Origin: Gammaproteobacteria bacterium
Lineage (GTDB): Bacteria > Pseudomonadota > Gammaproteobacteria > Steroidobacterales > UBA11654
Direction: 5' to 3'
Assembly (NCBI GenBank): GCA_029244925.1
Contig: JAQWQE010000047.1
Location: 1,515-65,514 of the forward strand
DNA: 64,000 nt
This document shows, piece after piece, positions 19,356 to 30,968 of the stretch. Numbering within the stretch: the first letter of the stretch is position 1; each line of letters opens with the position of its first letter. The notes below the pieces were generated by a model, which was given only the letters and a program-made list of their open reading frames with translations, made no database searches and had not been told where the DNA came from. The position numbers and the translations under genes were made by a program.

Positions 19356-20285
19356 ATGCCTGATTTAATTCATGAGCCAGTTTTATTAAAAGAATCTCTG
19401 ATGAATCTTATAAGAAATTATTCAGGTAATTACCTTGATGCAACTGCAGGTTTTGGAGGCCATTCTTCTGGGATATTAGATATTATCAATCAAGAAGGAA
19501 CTCTAGTTTCAAACGATAGAGACCAAGATTCTATTAATTATATAACTAAAAGATTCTCAGAGAATCCTAATATGCAAATACTTAAATCTAATTTTAGTCA
19601 AATCAGTCAAGCTTTAAAGAAGAAGAATTTGAAATTAAAATTCGATGGAATAATTGCCGATCTTGGAATGTCATCCTATCAGTTGGATAATGCAGAACGT
19701 GGGTTTAGTTTTATGAGAAAGGGCAACTTAGATATGCGTATGGACCAACAGCAAGGTATTACAGCTAAGGATTGGATTAATACAGCTTCAGAAAATGAGA
19801 TAGCTAATGTTATATGGAGATATGGTGAGGAAAGCTCTTCTAGAAAAATTGCCAGCGAGATAGTTAAAAAAAGAAAGATAAAATTAATCGGAACAACAGA
19901 AAGTCTTTGTGAGATTATTGTAGATGTCAAAAAGAATACTTTTTATAAAAATAAAAAGCATCCTGCTACAAAAACATTTCAAGGTATAAGGATTTTTATT
20001 AATAATGAGTTAGGAGAGCTTGAATTATTTTTAGAAAATAGTCTCGAACTATTAAACCCAAAAGGGAGGCTTTGTATCATAAGTTTCCATTCATTAGAGG
20101 ATAGAATAGTAAAACGTTTTTTTAGAGATCAATCAAGAATTGATCCTAATTTATCAAGATTACCTAATGTTCAAGATACCAGTAGTCTTAAAGTGATTGC
20201 TAAAAAAATAAAACCTATGGCATCTGAAATAAGACTTAACCCTAGATCAAGAAGTGCAGTACTTAGGGTAGCAGAGAGAACTTAG
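19356..20285 (+). CDS. rsmH: 16S rRNA (cytosine1402-N4)-methyltransferase RsmH (MraW)
   Basis: 309 aa. HEPVLLKE, DATAGFGGHS, DLGMSSYQLD, ISFHSLEDRIVK and NPRSRSA motifs. Confidence 0.93.
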   Translation: MPDLIHEPVLLKESLMNLIRNYSGNYLDATAGFGGHSSGILDIINQEGTLVSNDRDQDSINYITKRFSENPNMQILKSNFSQISQALKKKNLKLKFDGIIADLGMSSYQLDNAERGFSFMRKGNLDMRMDQQQGITAKDWINTASENEIANVIWRYGEESSSRKIASEIVKKRKIKLIGTTESLCEIIVDVKKNTFYKNKKHPATKTFQGIRIFINNELGELELFLENSLELLNPKGRLCIISFHSLEDRIVKRFFRDQSRIDPNLSRLPNVQDTSSLKVIAKKIKPMASEIRLNPRSRSAVLRVAERT

Positions 20286-20290
20286 GTATC

Positions 20291-20584
20291 ATGAGGGGTG
20301 AATGGTATAAAAGATCTTTCTTAATATTTCTTATGGTATTTATTTCAGGACTATTTGAGATAGACATTCATTTCAAGAAACGAGAATATTTCAAGAAATA
20401 TCAATCTTTGATTCAAGATAAGCTTCGATTAGAGATTGATTGGAGAAAGATACAGATTGATCTTTCAGAAATCTCTTCAGGTCTATCCTTAGAAAAAGAT
20501 GCTGAGACAAAAGCAAAGATGACTATCTTGGACCCATCCTTAGCAAAAATTGTAATATTGAATGAGCAAGAAACAAAAAAATAA
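20291..20584 (+). CDS. ftsL: cell division protein FtsL
   Basis: 97 aa with one N-terminal TM helix followed by a coiled-coil-like segment. Lies between rsmH and ftsI and overlaps the ftsI start. Confidence 0.7.
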   Translation: MRGEWYKRSFLIFLMVFISGLFEIDIHFKKREYFKKYQSLIQDKLRLEIDWRKIQIDLSEISSGLSLEKDAETKAKMTILDPSLAKIVILNEQETKK

Positions 20585-22250
20585 AAATAAATTTATCAGG
20601 AATCGTTTCCTTTTTCTTTCTTTAATCCTGATTACTTCATTGGGTTTGTTGCTATCAAGATCTTTTTATCTTCAGTACATTGAAAAAGATTATCTGAATA
20701 CCGAAGGAGAAAAAAGACATATTAAGCTTGAAAGAATTGCTTCCAATAGAGGTAACATTTATGATCGTAGATCCACTCTATTAGCAGTAAGTACTCCTAT
20801 TTATAATGTTGTTGTGGACCCAAAGAAGTTCATAGAATCTAAAATATATAGTCAACAAATTCAAATACTAAGTGAAATTCTTTCAATGAATGTAAAAGGT
20901 ATTGATAGTGCAATTAAAAAACGACCCAATCGAAGACATTTGATTATTAAAAAAGAAATAACCGATAATCAAATTGAGCAAATTCGTTCAAATAAATGGA
21001 GAAATTATCTCTATCTTGAGAAAAGCTATAAGCGTTTTAATCCGTCTGGCGAAGTAACGGGTCAGTTTTTAGGCTTCACGGATCTTAACGATAGAGGACA
21101 AGAAGGACTTGAGTATATGTTGAATGATTATTTAGTGGGTACAGATGGTATCAAGAAAGTACTGAAGGATAGAAAGCAAAATGTTGTTCGAGATTTAGAA
21201 TTCCTTCAAGCTGCTAAAGATGGGAACGATATTTATACTAGTATCGATCTACGTATACAATTTATTGCTCATAGGGCATTGAGTAATGGATTAAAGAATT
21301 CTAAAGCTAAAGCTGCTTCAGCAATTGTTCTAGATATCAGAACAGGAGAGATCCTAGCTATGGTTAACCAGCCTTCTGCTGATCCTAATGATCGAAGTTC
21401 AAGACAGGCAAAATACTTTAAAAATAGAGTTGTTACCGATCAATTTGAGCCAGGTTCTACATTTAAACCCTTGATAGTGGCTACCGGTATTGAGAATAAA
21501 ATATTCAGTTCTCAAGATACAATAGATACGACTCCATTTTATATTGGAAAGAAATTGATCGGAGAGGATAACCGTTGTTCAAGCCAAAAAGTAACACCTG
21601 AAAAGATATTGGTTAATTCTTGTAATGCTGGTACAGCTAGAATGTCTTTGCAAACTGAAAGTAAATTATTTTCTCAAATGCTCAATAATCTAGGTGTAGG
21701 AAGAGTTACAGCTTCAGGTTTTCCTGGCGAGGCCTCAGGTACCCTTGATGGTAACTATGATCGCTGGAGAGACATTAGGCGAGCATCGCTTTCATATGGA
21801 TATGGAGTGGATGTAACTCTATTGCAATTGGCGAGTATTTATTCTGTTTTAGCTAACAAGGGAATTAAAAATCATGTAAGCATTGAAAGAATAGAGGGAG
21901 AACCTGTTTCAGAAAGAGTTCTTTCTGAAGAAACAGCAAAGAAATTATTACTTATGCTTGAACAGGTAGTCGAAAATGGAGTTAGAAGAGCTAAGGTTAA
22001 TGGTTATAGAATTGGAGGCAAAACTGGAACAGTTCAAATTTATTCTTCAGGCTATTCAAATAAATCTCATAATGGAATATTTGTCGGAATTGCACCAATT
22101 AGTGAACCTAGGATTGTAACAGCAGTTATAGTCAATGAACCAGGTGGCGATCAGTATTATGGAGGGCAAGTTGCAGCTCCTATATTTTCATCTATAGCTT
22201 CTGCCTCACTAAGAATATTAGGTATTGCACCTGATAAGGTTAATAATTAA
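20562..22250 (+). CDS. ftsI: peptidoglycan D,D-transpeptidase FtsI (PBP3)
   Basis: 562 aa. N-terminal TM, RGNIYDR, and transpeptidase motifs STFKP, SCN (here NSCN) and KTGT. Confidence 0.92.
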   Translation: MSKKQKNKNKFIRNRFLFLSLILITSLGLLLSRSFYLQYIEKDYLNTEGEKRHIKLERIASNRGNIYDRRSTLLAVSTPIYNVVVDPKKFIESKIYSQQIQILSEILSMNVKGIDSAIKKRPNRRHLIIKKEITDNQIEQIRSNKWRNYLYLEKSYKRFNPSGEVTGQFLGFTDLNDRGQEGLEYMLNDYLVGTDGIKKVLKDRKQNVVRDLEFLQAAKDGNDIYTSIDLRIQFIAHRALSNGLKNSKAKAASAIVLDIRTGEILAMVNQPSADPNDRSSRQAKYFKNRVVTDQFEPGSTFKPLIVATGIENKIFSSQDTIDTTPFYIGKKLIGEDNRCSSQKVTPEKILVNSCNAGTARMSLQTESKLFSQMLNNLGVGRVTASGFPGEASGTLDGNYDRWRDIRRASLSYGYGVDVTLLQLASIYSVLANKGIKNHVSIERIEGEPVSERVLSEETAKKLLLMLEQVVENGVRRAKVNGYRIGGKTGTVQIYSSGYSNKSHNGIFVGIAPISEPRIVTAVIVNEPGGDQYYGGQVAAPIFSSIASASLRILGIAPDKVNN

Positions 22251-22312
22251 GAACTAAATATTAATCATTCATATAGAATAATAAAGTATTGTATTACCAC
22301 AAAGGATAAGAA

Positions 22313-23392
22313 TTGTTTTTATTTTTCTCAGAACAGTTAACTGATTTTTTTTCAGCTTTTAATGCTTTTACTTATATCACTACTCGGGGTATTTTAAGTG
22401 CTTTGTCGGCCTTAATAATTTCATTTGTTTTTGGACCAAAATTAATTAGATTACTTAGTAATAATGAAATTAGTGAGAATATAAGATCAGATGGACCAGA
22501 AACCCATTCATTGAAATCAGGAACACCCACTATGGGCGGTTTAATTATATTATTCTCTATAACAGTGAGTACTTTGATATGGAGTGATTTAAGCAATCCA
22601 TATATTCTCAATATATTAATATCAACTTTACTTTTTGGGCTAATAGGTTTTATAGATGATTTCTCCAAACTCAAAGGTAATCCCAATGGTATGAAGCCTT
22701 CTGTTAAGATTTCTCTTCAAATTTTAATTGCATCTTTATCGGTATATTTTTTAAATTTTTATAGTGGGATTGAAATAAATACAGAATTACTTATCCCTTT
22801 TACTAATAATTTCAATATAGATCTAGGTGTATTATTCTTCCCCTTTATTGTTTTTGTGATTGTGGGTTCAAGCAATGCAGTTAACTTGTCGGATGGTCTT
22901 GATGGTTTAGCAATTATGCCAGTTGCAATGATAGCAATTGCATTAGGAGTCTTTGCCTATGTTACTGGCAATATCAATTTTGCTAATTATCTGGATTTAC
23001 CTTTCTTAAATGATTCGGGTGAGGTATTTGTTATTTGTTGTGCCATTGCTGGCTCTGGCTTAGGCTTTCTTTGGTTTAATACGTATCCAGCTGAAGTTTT
23101 TATGGGTGATGTTGGAGCTCTTTCATTAGGAGCAGCTTTAGGACTGATTGCAGTCATTGTGAAGCAAGAGCTAGTACTAGCAATTATGGGCGGTGTTTTT
23201 ATTATTGAAACTTTTTCGGTCATACTTCAAGTTGGGTCATTCAAGTTAAGAGGTAAAAGAATATTCAATATGGCTCCAATTCATCATCATTTTGAGCTTA
23301 AAGGTTGGGCTGAGCCTAAAGTCATTGTCCGCTTTTGGATAATCACAGTTTTTTTAGTTTTAATAGCATTATCAAGCTTGAAAATTAGATAG
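22313..23392 (+). CDS. mraY: phospho-N-acetylmuramoyl-pentapeptide transferase MraY
   Basis: 359 aa with a TTG start. The N-terminus is collinear with E. coli MraY. Also KSGTPTMGG, NAVNLSDGLDGLA and PIHHHFELKGW. Confidence 0.95.
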   Translation: MFLFFSEQLTDFFSAFNAFTYITTRGILSALSALIISFVFGPKLIRLLSNNEISENIRSDGPETHSLKSGTPTMGGLIILFSITVSTLIWSDLSNPYILNILISTLLFGLIGFIDDFSKLKGNPNGMKPSVKISLQILIASLSVYFLNFYSGIEINTELLIPFTNNFNIDLGVLFFPFIVFVIVGSSNAVNLSDGLDGLAIMPVAMIAIALGVFAYVTGNINFANYLDLPFLNDSGEVFVICCAIAGSGLGFLWFNTYPAEVFMGDVGALSLGAALGLIAVIVKQELVLAIMGGVFIIETFSVILQVGSFKLRGKRIFNMAPIHHHFELKGWAEPKVIVRFWIITVFLVLIALSSLKIR

Positions 23393-23420
23393 AACCAATC
23401 AAATATTTATATAGAAAAAA

Positions 23421-24578
23421 TTGAGGCCTAATAGAAAACAACATCAACTTTGGGAAGGCATAGATAAGCTCTTCTTAATAGCAATTGTTTTTTTACTATT
23501 TGCAGGGATCATGATGCTCGCATCAGCTTCGATGCCTATCGCTGATAGAGATCTAGGTGACCCATATGGCTATGTATTTAAGCAATCATTTGCAATTGTA
23601 TTGGGGTTGCTATTTGGACTAATTATTTTTTCTATACCTAGTCAATTTTTGGAAAAATTTGGAATTGCATTACCCATTATTGCACTACTATTATTGTCAA
23701 TGGTTTACATTCCTGAAATAGGTATCAAGGTAAATGGAGCTACTAGATGGATTAATTTAGGTGTTGGGCCGAATATACAGGTAGTTGATCCAGCTAGGCT
23801 ATTATTTTTAATTTATATTTCTGGTTATTGCTATCGCCAACAAAAAGAACTTAGGGAAGGCTTTGTAAGTCTTCTAAAACCTATGATTTTTATTTTACCA
23901 GCTTGCACTCTTCTTCTTTTACAACCAGATTTTGGATCGACAGTAGTACTATTAACTGTAACTGCAGCTCTCTTTTTTCTTGCAGGATTTAAGTTAAGGT
24001 ATTTCTTTTTATTGATAATAATCTTGGCTTTATTGTTCTCAGCACTAGTTTATTTTTCACCTTATAAGTTAGCAAGAGTGGTTTCCTTTATGGATCCATG
24101 GTCAATGGCTGATAAAGGTGGTTATCAATTAGTTAATTCACTCATTGCGATTGGATCAGGTGGTTTTTTTGGAATTGGATTAGGAGAAGGAGTTCAGAAA
24201 CTTTTCTATCTACCTGAAGCCCATACTGATTTTATTTTTGCAATTATTGCTGAAGAATTAGGTTTAATGGGGACAATCCTATTTTTATCTTTCTATACTT
24301 TATTAATTTCTAGAGTTTTTATAATAGCCTTTAGAGCAATATCCATAGAAAGATTATTTCAAGGATATCTCTGTTTTTCGATAGGAATATGGATTTCAAT
24401 TCAGGTCATTATTAATTTAGGTGTAAACATGGGTTTATTGCCAACTAAAGGCCTAATATTACCTCTCATTAGTTACGGTAGCAGTAGTATGATCATGACA
24501 TTGATAACCTTAGCAATTGTATTGAGAATTGGATGTGAAATTCCTAGAGAGAAGATAAATAAAAAAATTAATGGCTGA
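23421..24578 (+). CDS. ftsW: peptidoglycan glycosyltransferase / lipid II flippase-family protein FtsW
   Basis: 385 aa SEDS-family polytopic protein (QPDFGS, LPEAHTDFIFAIIAEELG, PTKGLILPLISYGSSS). Confidence 0.9.
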   Translation: MRPNRKQHQLWEGIDKLFLIAIVFLLFAGIMMLASASMPIADRDLGDPYGYVFKQSFAIVLGLLFGLIIFSIPSQFLEKFGIALPIIALLLLSMVYIPEIGIKVNGATRWINLGVGPNIQVVDPARLLFLIYISGYCYRQQKELREGFVSLLKPMIFILPACTLLLLQPDFGSTVVLLTVTAALFFLAGFKLRYFFLLIIILALLFSALVYFSPYKLARVVSFMDPWSMADKGGYQLVNSLIAIGSGGFFGIGLGEGVQKLFYLPEAHTDFIFAIIAEELGLMGTILFLSFYTLLISRVFIIAFRAISIERLFQGYLCFSIGIWISIQVIINLGVNMGLLPTKGLILPLISYGSSSMIMTLITLAIVLRIGCEIPREKINKKING

Positions 24579-25746
24579 AGAAAAAAAATACACTATCCTC
24601 ATTGGTGCAGGCGGGACAGGCGGCCATGTGTTCCCAGCCATAGCCCTTGCGAAAAAGTTTAAATTCGATGGACATAAAGCTGTAATTATCGCTACCGGTA
24701 ATAATCTAGAAAAGAAAATATTTGAGGACCACGATATTGAGACCACTTTTTTTGAGAGCAAACTTAAGGATCAATCAAGTTTTTCAAAACTATTATATGC
24801 CATAAGGCTCTCTTTCTCACCTATTGCTTATAATAAGAGAATTGCCAAATTTGTAAAAGAAATCTCACCACAATTAATTTTAGGAATGGGCGGTTATGCC
24901 TCTTTTGATCTTCTCCAAGCAGGAAATTTAATTATGGTAGAAGAAGGTATTAATGAGCCTTATATAGCTATTCATGAACAGAATGCGAAGGCTGGCAGGG
25001 CAAACAGAGCCAGCGCAGTGAATCTAGCAAGAGGTATTATTGAAGGTTTACCAGGAGCGTTTGACTGGAAAACTACTTTTTTTCAACTTTCGACTGATGA
25101 CCATGTCTTTCTTGGTAATCCAGTAAGAAATGAGATCCTCAATATCAATCGAAAGGTTAGATCATTTAAAGAATGTTCAAAAAGTCCGAGAATCTTGGTT
25201 TTAGGAGGGAGTCAAGGTGCTAGATCAATCAATTATGCTATGCCAGAAGCTATAAAACGGCTTTCATCAGAGATGAATATAGAGGTCGTGCACCAAACAG
25301 GCGAACCTGATCATGAGGAAATATGTCAAATGTATAAAGAGAATGAATTGTCTCCAGAAATATTTCCATTTATTAAGGATATGGCTCAGGCGTATGATTG
25401 GGCTGATTTGGTCATAGGAAGGTCCGGGGCTATGACAGTTTCAGAACTCTCAGCAACAGGTATGCCTTCAATTTTAATTCCGTATCCCCATGCAACAGAT
25501 AACCATCAATGGTTTAATGCACAATTTATTGCAAAAAAAGGAGGAGCTGAGGTTATTTTAGATAAAGATCTAAAGTTAGAGATTCTAGTAAAGACAATAA
25601 AGAAGATTTTTTCACATGAAAGGGTTCTAAGTGATATGGCAGAAGCAACGTATGATGAGACTTTTGTCAATGCCACCCAGAACATAGCTCAATTTTGCTA
25701 CAAGATGATAGAACAGCCCCCTTTAAAGGATGTGTATTTTGATTGA
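24571..25746 (+). CDS. murG: UDP-GlcNAc:lipid I N-acetylglucosaminyltransferase MurG
   Basis: 391 aa. GAGGTGGHVFPAIALA, LGMGGYAS, HEQNA, GGSQGA and RSGAMTVSEL motifs. It carries a few short insertions relative to E. coli MurG. Confidence 0.92.
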   Translation: MAEEKKYTILIGAGGTGGHVFPAIALAKKFKFDGHKAVIIATGNNLEKKIFEDHDIETTFFESKLKDQSSFSKLLYAIRLSFSPIAYNKRIAKFVKEISPQLILGMGGYASFDLLQAGNLIMVEEGINEPYIAIHEQNAKAGRANRASAVNLARGIIEGLPGAFDWKTTFFQLSTDDHVFLGNPVRNEILNINRKVRSFKECSKSPRILVLGGSQGARSINYAMPEAIKRLSSEMNIEVVHQTGEPDHEEICQMYKENELSPEIFPFIKDMAQAYDWADLVIGRSGAMTVSELSATGMPSILIPYPHATDNHQWFNAQFIAKKGGAEVILDKDLKLEILVKTIKKIFSHERVLSDMAEATYDETFVNATQNIAQFCYKMIEQPPLKDVYFD

Positions 25747-26623
25747 AATCACTAAAAAAATCAAAGGTCAGTCTCTTTTCAATGAGCCACTATCTAAATA
25801 CACGTCATGGAAAGTTGGCGGGCCGGCAGATATTTTCTTTATCCCCCAAAGTCGCAATGACTTGTCTGACTTTCTGAAATCAAACCATGATAAGCCCATT
25901 ACATGGTTAGGTAATGGAACTAATATTCTTGTTAGGGATGGCGGTATTAGGGGTGCTGTTATTGCAACAAAAAAATTTCTGAATGAGATTAAGAAAGAAG
26001 AGCATAATGCTTGTAGAGTCGAGGTAGGAGCTTCATGTATGGATTTAGCATTGTTTGCTGAGAAGAATGAATTAGGTCCAGCAGCATTCTTTTCTGGGAT
26101 ACCTGGATCAATCGGAGGGGCTCTAGTAATGAATGCAGGTTCTTTTGGTCATGAAACATGGGATTTTGTGGATTCAGTCGAGGTCATTGACGAAGAAGGA
26201 GTTATACATAACTTAAACCGAAAAGATTTCAAAGTTTCCTATAGAACAGTCAAATGCCCCTTTCCCCTCTGGTTTGTATCTTGCCTGATGAAATTTTCTG
26301 AATCTGAAACAACCACCAAATCTGAATTGAAGGAATACCGTGATCAGAGGCTTAAAACACAACCTCTTAATGAGGATACTTGTGGCTCAGTTTTTAAGAA
26401 TCCTGAAAAAGGACATGCTGGAGCTCTAATAGAAAGAGCTGGCCTTAAGGGACATAGAATTGGTGGCTGTTCAATATCAAACAAGCATGCAAATTTCATC
26501 GTGAATGAAGGAAGTGCCACATCAAAAAATATAGAAGATTTAATTAAGCATGTGCAAAAAGCAGTTAAAAAAAAACATAATATAGACTTAGAAACTGAAG
26601 TTCGAATCCTTGGAGAGGATTAG
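25730..26623 (+). CDS. murB: UDP-N-acetylenolpyruvoylglucosamine reductase MurB (short type)
   Basis: 297 aa. FAD-binding region TSWKVGGPAD...LGNGTNILV, GIPGSIGGALVMNAGSFG, and CGSVFKNP...AGLKG. Confidence 0.9.
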   Translation: MCILIEITKKIKGQSLFNEPLSKYTSWKVGGPADIFFIPQSRNDLSDFLKSNHDKPITWLGNGTNILVRDGGIRGAVIATKKFLNEIKKEEHNACRVEVGASCMDLALFAEKNELGPAAFFSGIPGSIGGALVMNAGSFGHETWDFVDSVEVIDEEGVIHNLNRKDFKVSYRTVKCPFPLWFVSCLMKFSESETTTKSELKEYRDQRLKTQPLNEDTCGSVFKNPEKGHAGALIERAGLKGHRIGGCSISNKHANFIVNEGSATSKNIEDLIKHVQKAVKKKHNIDLETEVRILGED

Positions 26624-26626
26624 ATA

Positions 26627-28310
<1,684 letters not shown>

Positions 28311-28328
28311 TAAGATTAAATAATAAGA

Positions 28329-29558
28329 ATGTCTAAATACAAAACAAATGAGATTATTGCAGCAGTTGATATTGGAACATCAAAAATAGTTGTTCTGATA
28401 GCAGAAATTAATAAAGAAGATCAATTGAAGATTATTGGGATGGGCATAGAAAAATCGGTAGGATTAAAAAAAGGAGTTGTGATTAATATTGAAGCTACTG
28501 TTGATTCAATACATAGCGCCATAAGGCAAGCAGAAGAATTAGCTGGATGTGAGATAAATACTGTTTTTGCTGGTATAGCTGGTAACCATGTTAGAAGCTA
28601 TGATGGGCATGGGTTTGTCAGAATCAATGAAGGTGAGGTATCTCAGAGTGATATTGATGGAGCAATAGATGCATCTAAAGCCATGAAGATTCCAGATGAG
28701 GAACACATACTGCACGTTCTGCCTAAGGACTTTATCATTGACGGCCAAGATGGCATTAGTGATCCAATAGGTATGTCTGGTGTTAGATTAGAAGCAGATG
28801 TTCATATTGTAACTGTCTCAAAGAGTGCTGAAGAAAATATTATTAAATCCCTAGAGCGTTGCAACTTAGAAGTACAGGAGATTGTCTTAGAGCCTCTGGC
28901 CTCTAGTCTTTCAGTTTTATCGGATGATGAAAAAGACCTAGGGGTTTGCTTGGTTGATATTGGGGGTGGAACAGCAGATATTGCTGTCTTTAAGGATGGA
29001 AAAATCGTTACTACGAGAGTTATTCCTATTGGAGGTGATCATGTAACTAAAGACATTGCACATGAGCTAAGAACGCCACAAGATGAGGCTGAAGAATTAA
29101 AATTAAAATATGCCTGTACTCCTGAGATGTTAGATAAACTTCAGACCATAGAAATACCTAGTCTTGGGGATAGAGCACCAAGAAGAACTGATTTGATGGT
29201 TTTGGCTAAGGTAGTTGAACAAAGATATAAGGAATTATTTGAAGTTATCCTAGCTGAAATAGGAAAAATAAATTTTGAGAGTTTAAGGGCAGGGGTTGTT
29301 TTAACAGGCGGTACTTCTCAGTTACATGGATGTACAAAGGTAGCTGAGCAAATATTCCAAACAGACGTGAGACTCGGCTCGCCGAGACCCATGAGTGGGG
29401 CCTTTGAAACTATAGATAGTCCAATTCATTCAACAGGAGCGGGTTTATTACTTTATGCACTTAATAAATATAAAATCAATCCTCTTAGCCTTGAGCAACA
29501 AAAAATATCACAATCTTTTTTTGAGAAAGTAAAATCATGGTTTGATTCTAATTTATAA
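28329..29558 (+). CDS. ftsA: cell division protein FtsA
   Basis: 409 aa actin-like ATPase (AAVDIGTSKIVVLIAE, VDIGGGTADIAVF, VLTGGTSQL). Confidence 0.93.
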   Translation: MSKYKTNEIIAAVDIGTSKIVVLIAEINKEDQLKIIGMGIEKSVGLKKGVVINIEATVDSIHSAIRQAEELAGCEINTVFAGIAGNHVRSYDGHGFVRINEGEVSQSDIDGAIDASKAMKIPDEEHILHVLPKDFIIDGQDGISDPIGMSGVRLEADVHIVTVSKSAEENIIKSLERCNLEVQEIVLEPLASSLSVLSDDEKDLGVCLVDIGGGTADIAVFKDGKIVTTRVIPIGGDHVTKDIAHELRTPQDEAEELKLKYACTPEMLDKLQTIEIPSLGDRAPRRTDLMVLAKVVEQRYKELFEVILAEIGKINFESLRAGVVLTGGTSQLHGCTKVAEQIFQTDVRLGSPRPMSGAFETIDSPIHSTGAGLLLYALNKYKINPLSLEQQKISQSFFEKVKSWFDSNL

Positions 29559-29644
29559 AAAATAATAGTTTAAATATGTTTGTGTCAGCTACTTTATGGT
29601 ATCTTGAATTGCTTTATTTATATGATTTAAAAGGATTTATTTAA

Positions 29645-30559
29645 ATGCTTCAGCAACGAACTATAGGGAAAAGTATTTCCGCATCTGGTGTAGGGTTACA
29701 CTCAGGTAAGAAGGTTAATATGACTCTTCGTCCTGCAAATGAAAACATAGGTATTGTTTTTAGGCGAGTTGACTTAGATCCAGTTCAAGAAATTGAGGCC
29801 AAAGCAGAGTTTGTTACTGATACGGTCCTTGGGACCACCATTACTAAAAATAGTGCTTCCGTGATGACAGTCGAACATCTTTTAGCTGCTTTTTCTGGAT
29901 TAGGTATAGACAATGTTTATGTGGATCTAAAGGGACCTGAGATACCTATAATGGATGGGAGTTGTATTTCATTTATATTATTAATTGAATCAGCTGGAAT
30001 CAAGGAGCAAGACTCTCCTAAAAAGTTTCTTCGTATCAAAAAAAGTGTTCGTGTTGAGGATGGAGAAAAATTTGCTGAGTTTAAACCTTATGATGGGTAT
30101 CGAATTTCATTTGAAATCGAATTTGACCACCCAATGATAAAGAATAAGGTTACTCAATTGAGTCTAGATTTTTCTACTTTGACTTTCTTGAAAGAGATCA
30201 GTCGTGCTAGAACGTTTGGGTTTTTAAAAGAAATAGAAACATTACGATCTAAAAACTTAGCTTTGGGTGGCAGTTTAGATAATGCCATAGTGCTTGATGA
30301 CTATAGGATATTAAATCAGGATGGGCTGAGATTTGATGATGAATTAGTAAGGCATAAGATTTTAGATGTTGTTGGAGATCTTTACTTGATGGGACATATC
30401 CTAGTAGGAGAATTTAATGGATTTAAATCAGGACATGATCTTAATAACCAATTAATAATGAAGCTATATTCAGATGAATCGGCATGGGAAGAAATAGATG
30501 AATCAGAAATTAAAGACATTCCAATTTCATATTGGACAGCGGCTTTAGGTAAAATCTAA
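29645..30559 (+). CDS. lpxC: UDP-3-O-acyl-N-acetylglucosamine deacetylase LpxC
   Basis: 304 aa. QRTIGKSISASGVGLHSGKKV, TVEHLLAA, FGFLKEIE and HKILDVVGDLYL motifs. Confidence 0.95.
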   Translation: MLQQRTIGKSISASGVGLHSGKKVNMTLRPANENIGIVFRRVDLDPVQEIEAKAEFVTDTVLGTTITKNSASVMTVEHLLAAFSGLGIDNVYVDLKGPEIPIMDGSCISFILLIESAGIKEQDSPKKFLRIKKSVRVEDGEKFAEFKPYDGYRISFEIEFDHPMIKNKVTQLSLDFSTLTFLKEISRARTFGFLKEIETLRSKNLALGGSLDNAIVLDDYRILNQDGLRFDDELVRHKILDVVGDLYLMGHILVGEFNGFKSGHDLNNQLIMKLYSDESAWEEIDESEIKDIPISYWTAALGKI

Positions 30560-30846
30560 CTTTTTGTATATGTCCTGAATTTTATTTTTTTAGGATTGAT
30601 ATCTAGATGGCTGCATATTTTCTTTATATTACTATCTTCATATCTAAGTCTTGCTGATATTTCATTGCTTTGTGTTTCTATAATTAAAGTATTTCTCTCA
30701 TTTAAATAGGCCGCAACTATATACTTACCATAGGTATCAATATTTTTTTGTAAATACTTAGTAAGGAGTGTCTTGTCTTTAAGAACGTCAGAGAAATTAT
30801 CAATTTTTTTAAATCCTTTTCCGATTATTTCTGAAATATGTTTCAT
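30556..30846 (-). CDS. small DUF721/DciA-like protein (putative)
   Basis: 96 aa. The pattern (A-x-Y-L..., TLIIETQSNEISARLRYEDSNIKKIC, IKFR) and the location between lpxC and secA resemble DUF721 proteins. Assignment is by eye only. Confidence 0.4.
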   Translation of the reverse strand: MKHISEIIGKGFKKIDNFSDVLKDKTLLTKYLQKNIDTYGKYIVAAYLNERNTLIIETQSNEISARLRYEDSNIKKICSHLDINPKKIKFRTYTKS

Positions 30847-30968
30847 TACTATTAATAATTCTAATAACTAAGATAATTAAATTTTGTTCTATCTAGGTAT
30901 AATAGCGTTCTTAACAAATCTATAAAAGAATTGAATGATAAAGGCATCTAAAATTATAATCTAATCCC

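Noticed and set aside
30935-30964. A 9-codon uORF (MIKASKIII) ending 4 nt before the secA ATG, as a possible secM-like leader
   Set aside because: It is too short, has no Shine-Dalgarno sequence, and has nothing like the SecM arrest motif. An ATG...TAA of this length is expected by chance in AT-rich DNA.
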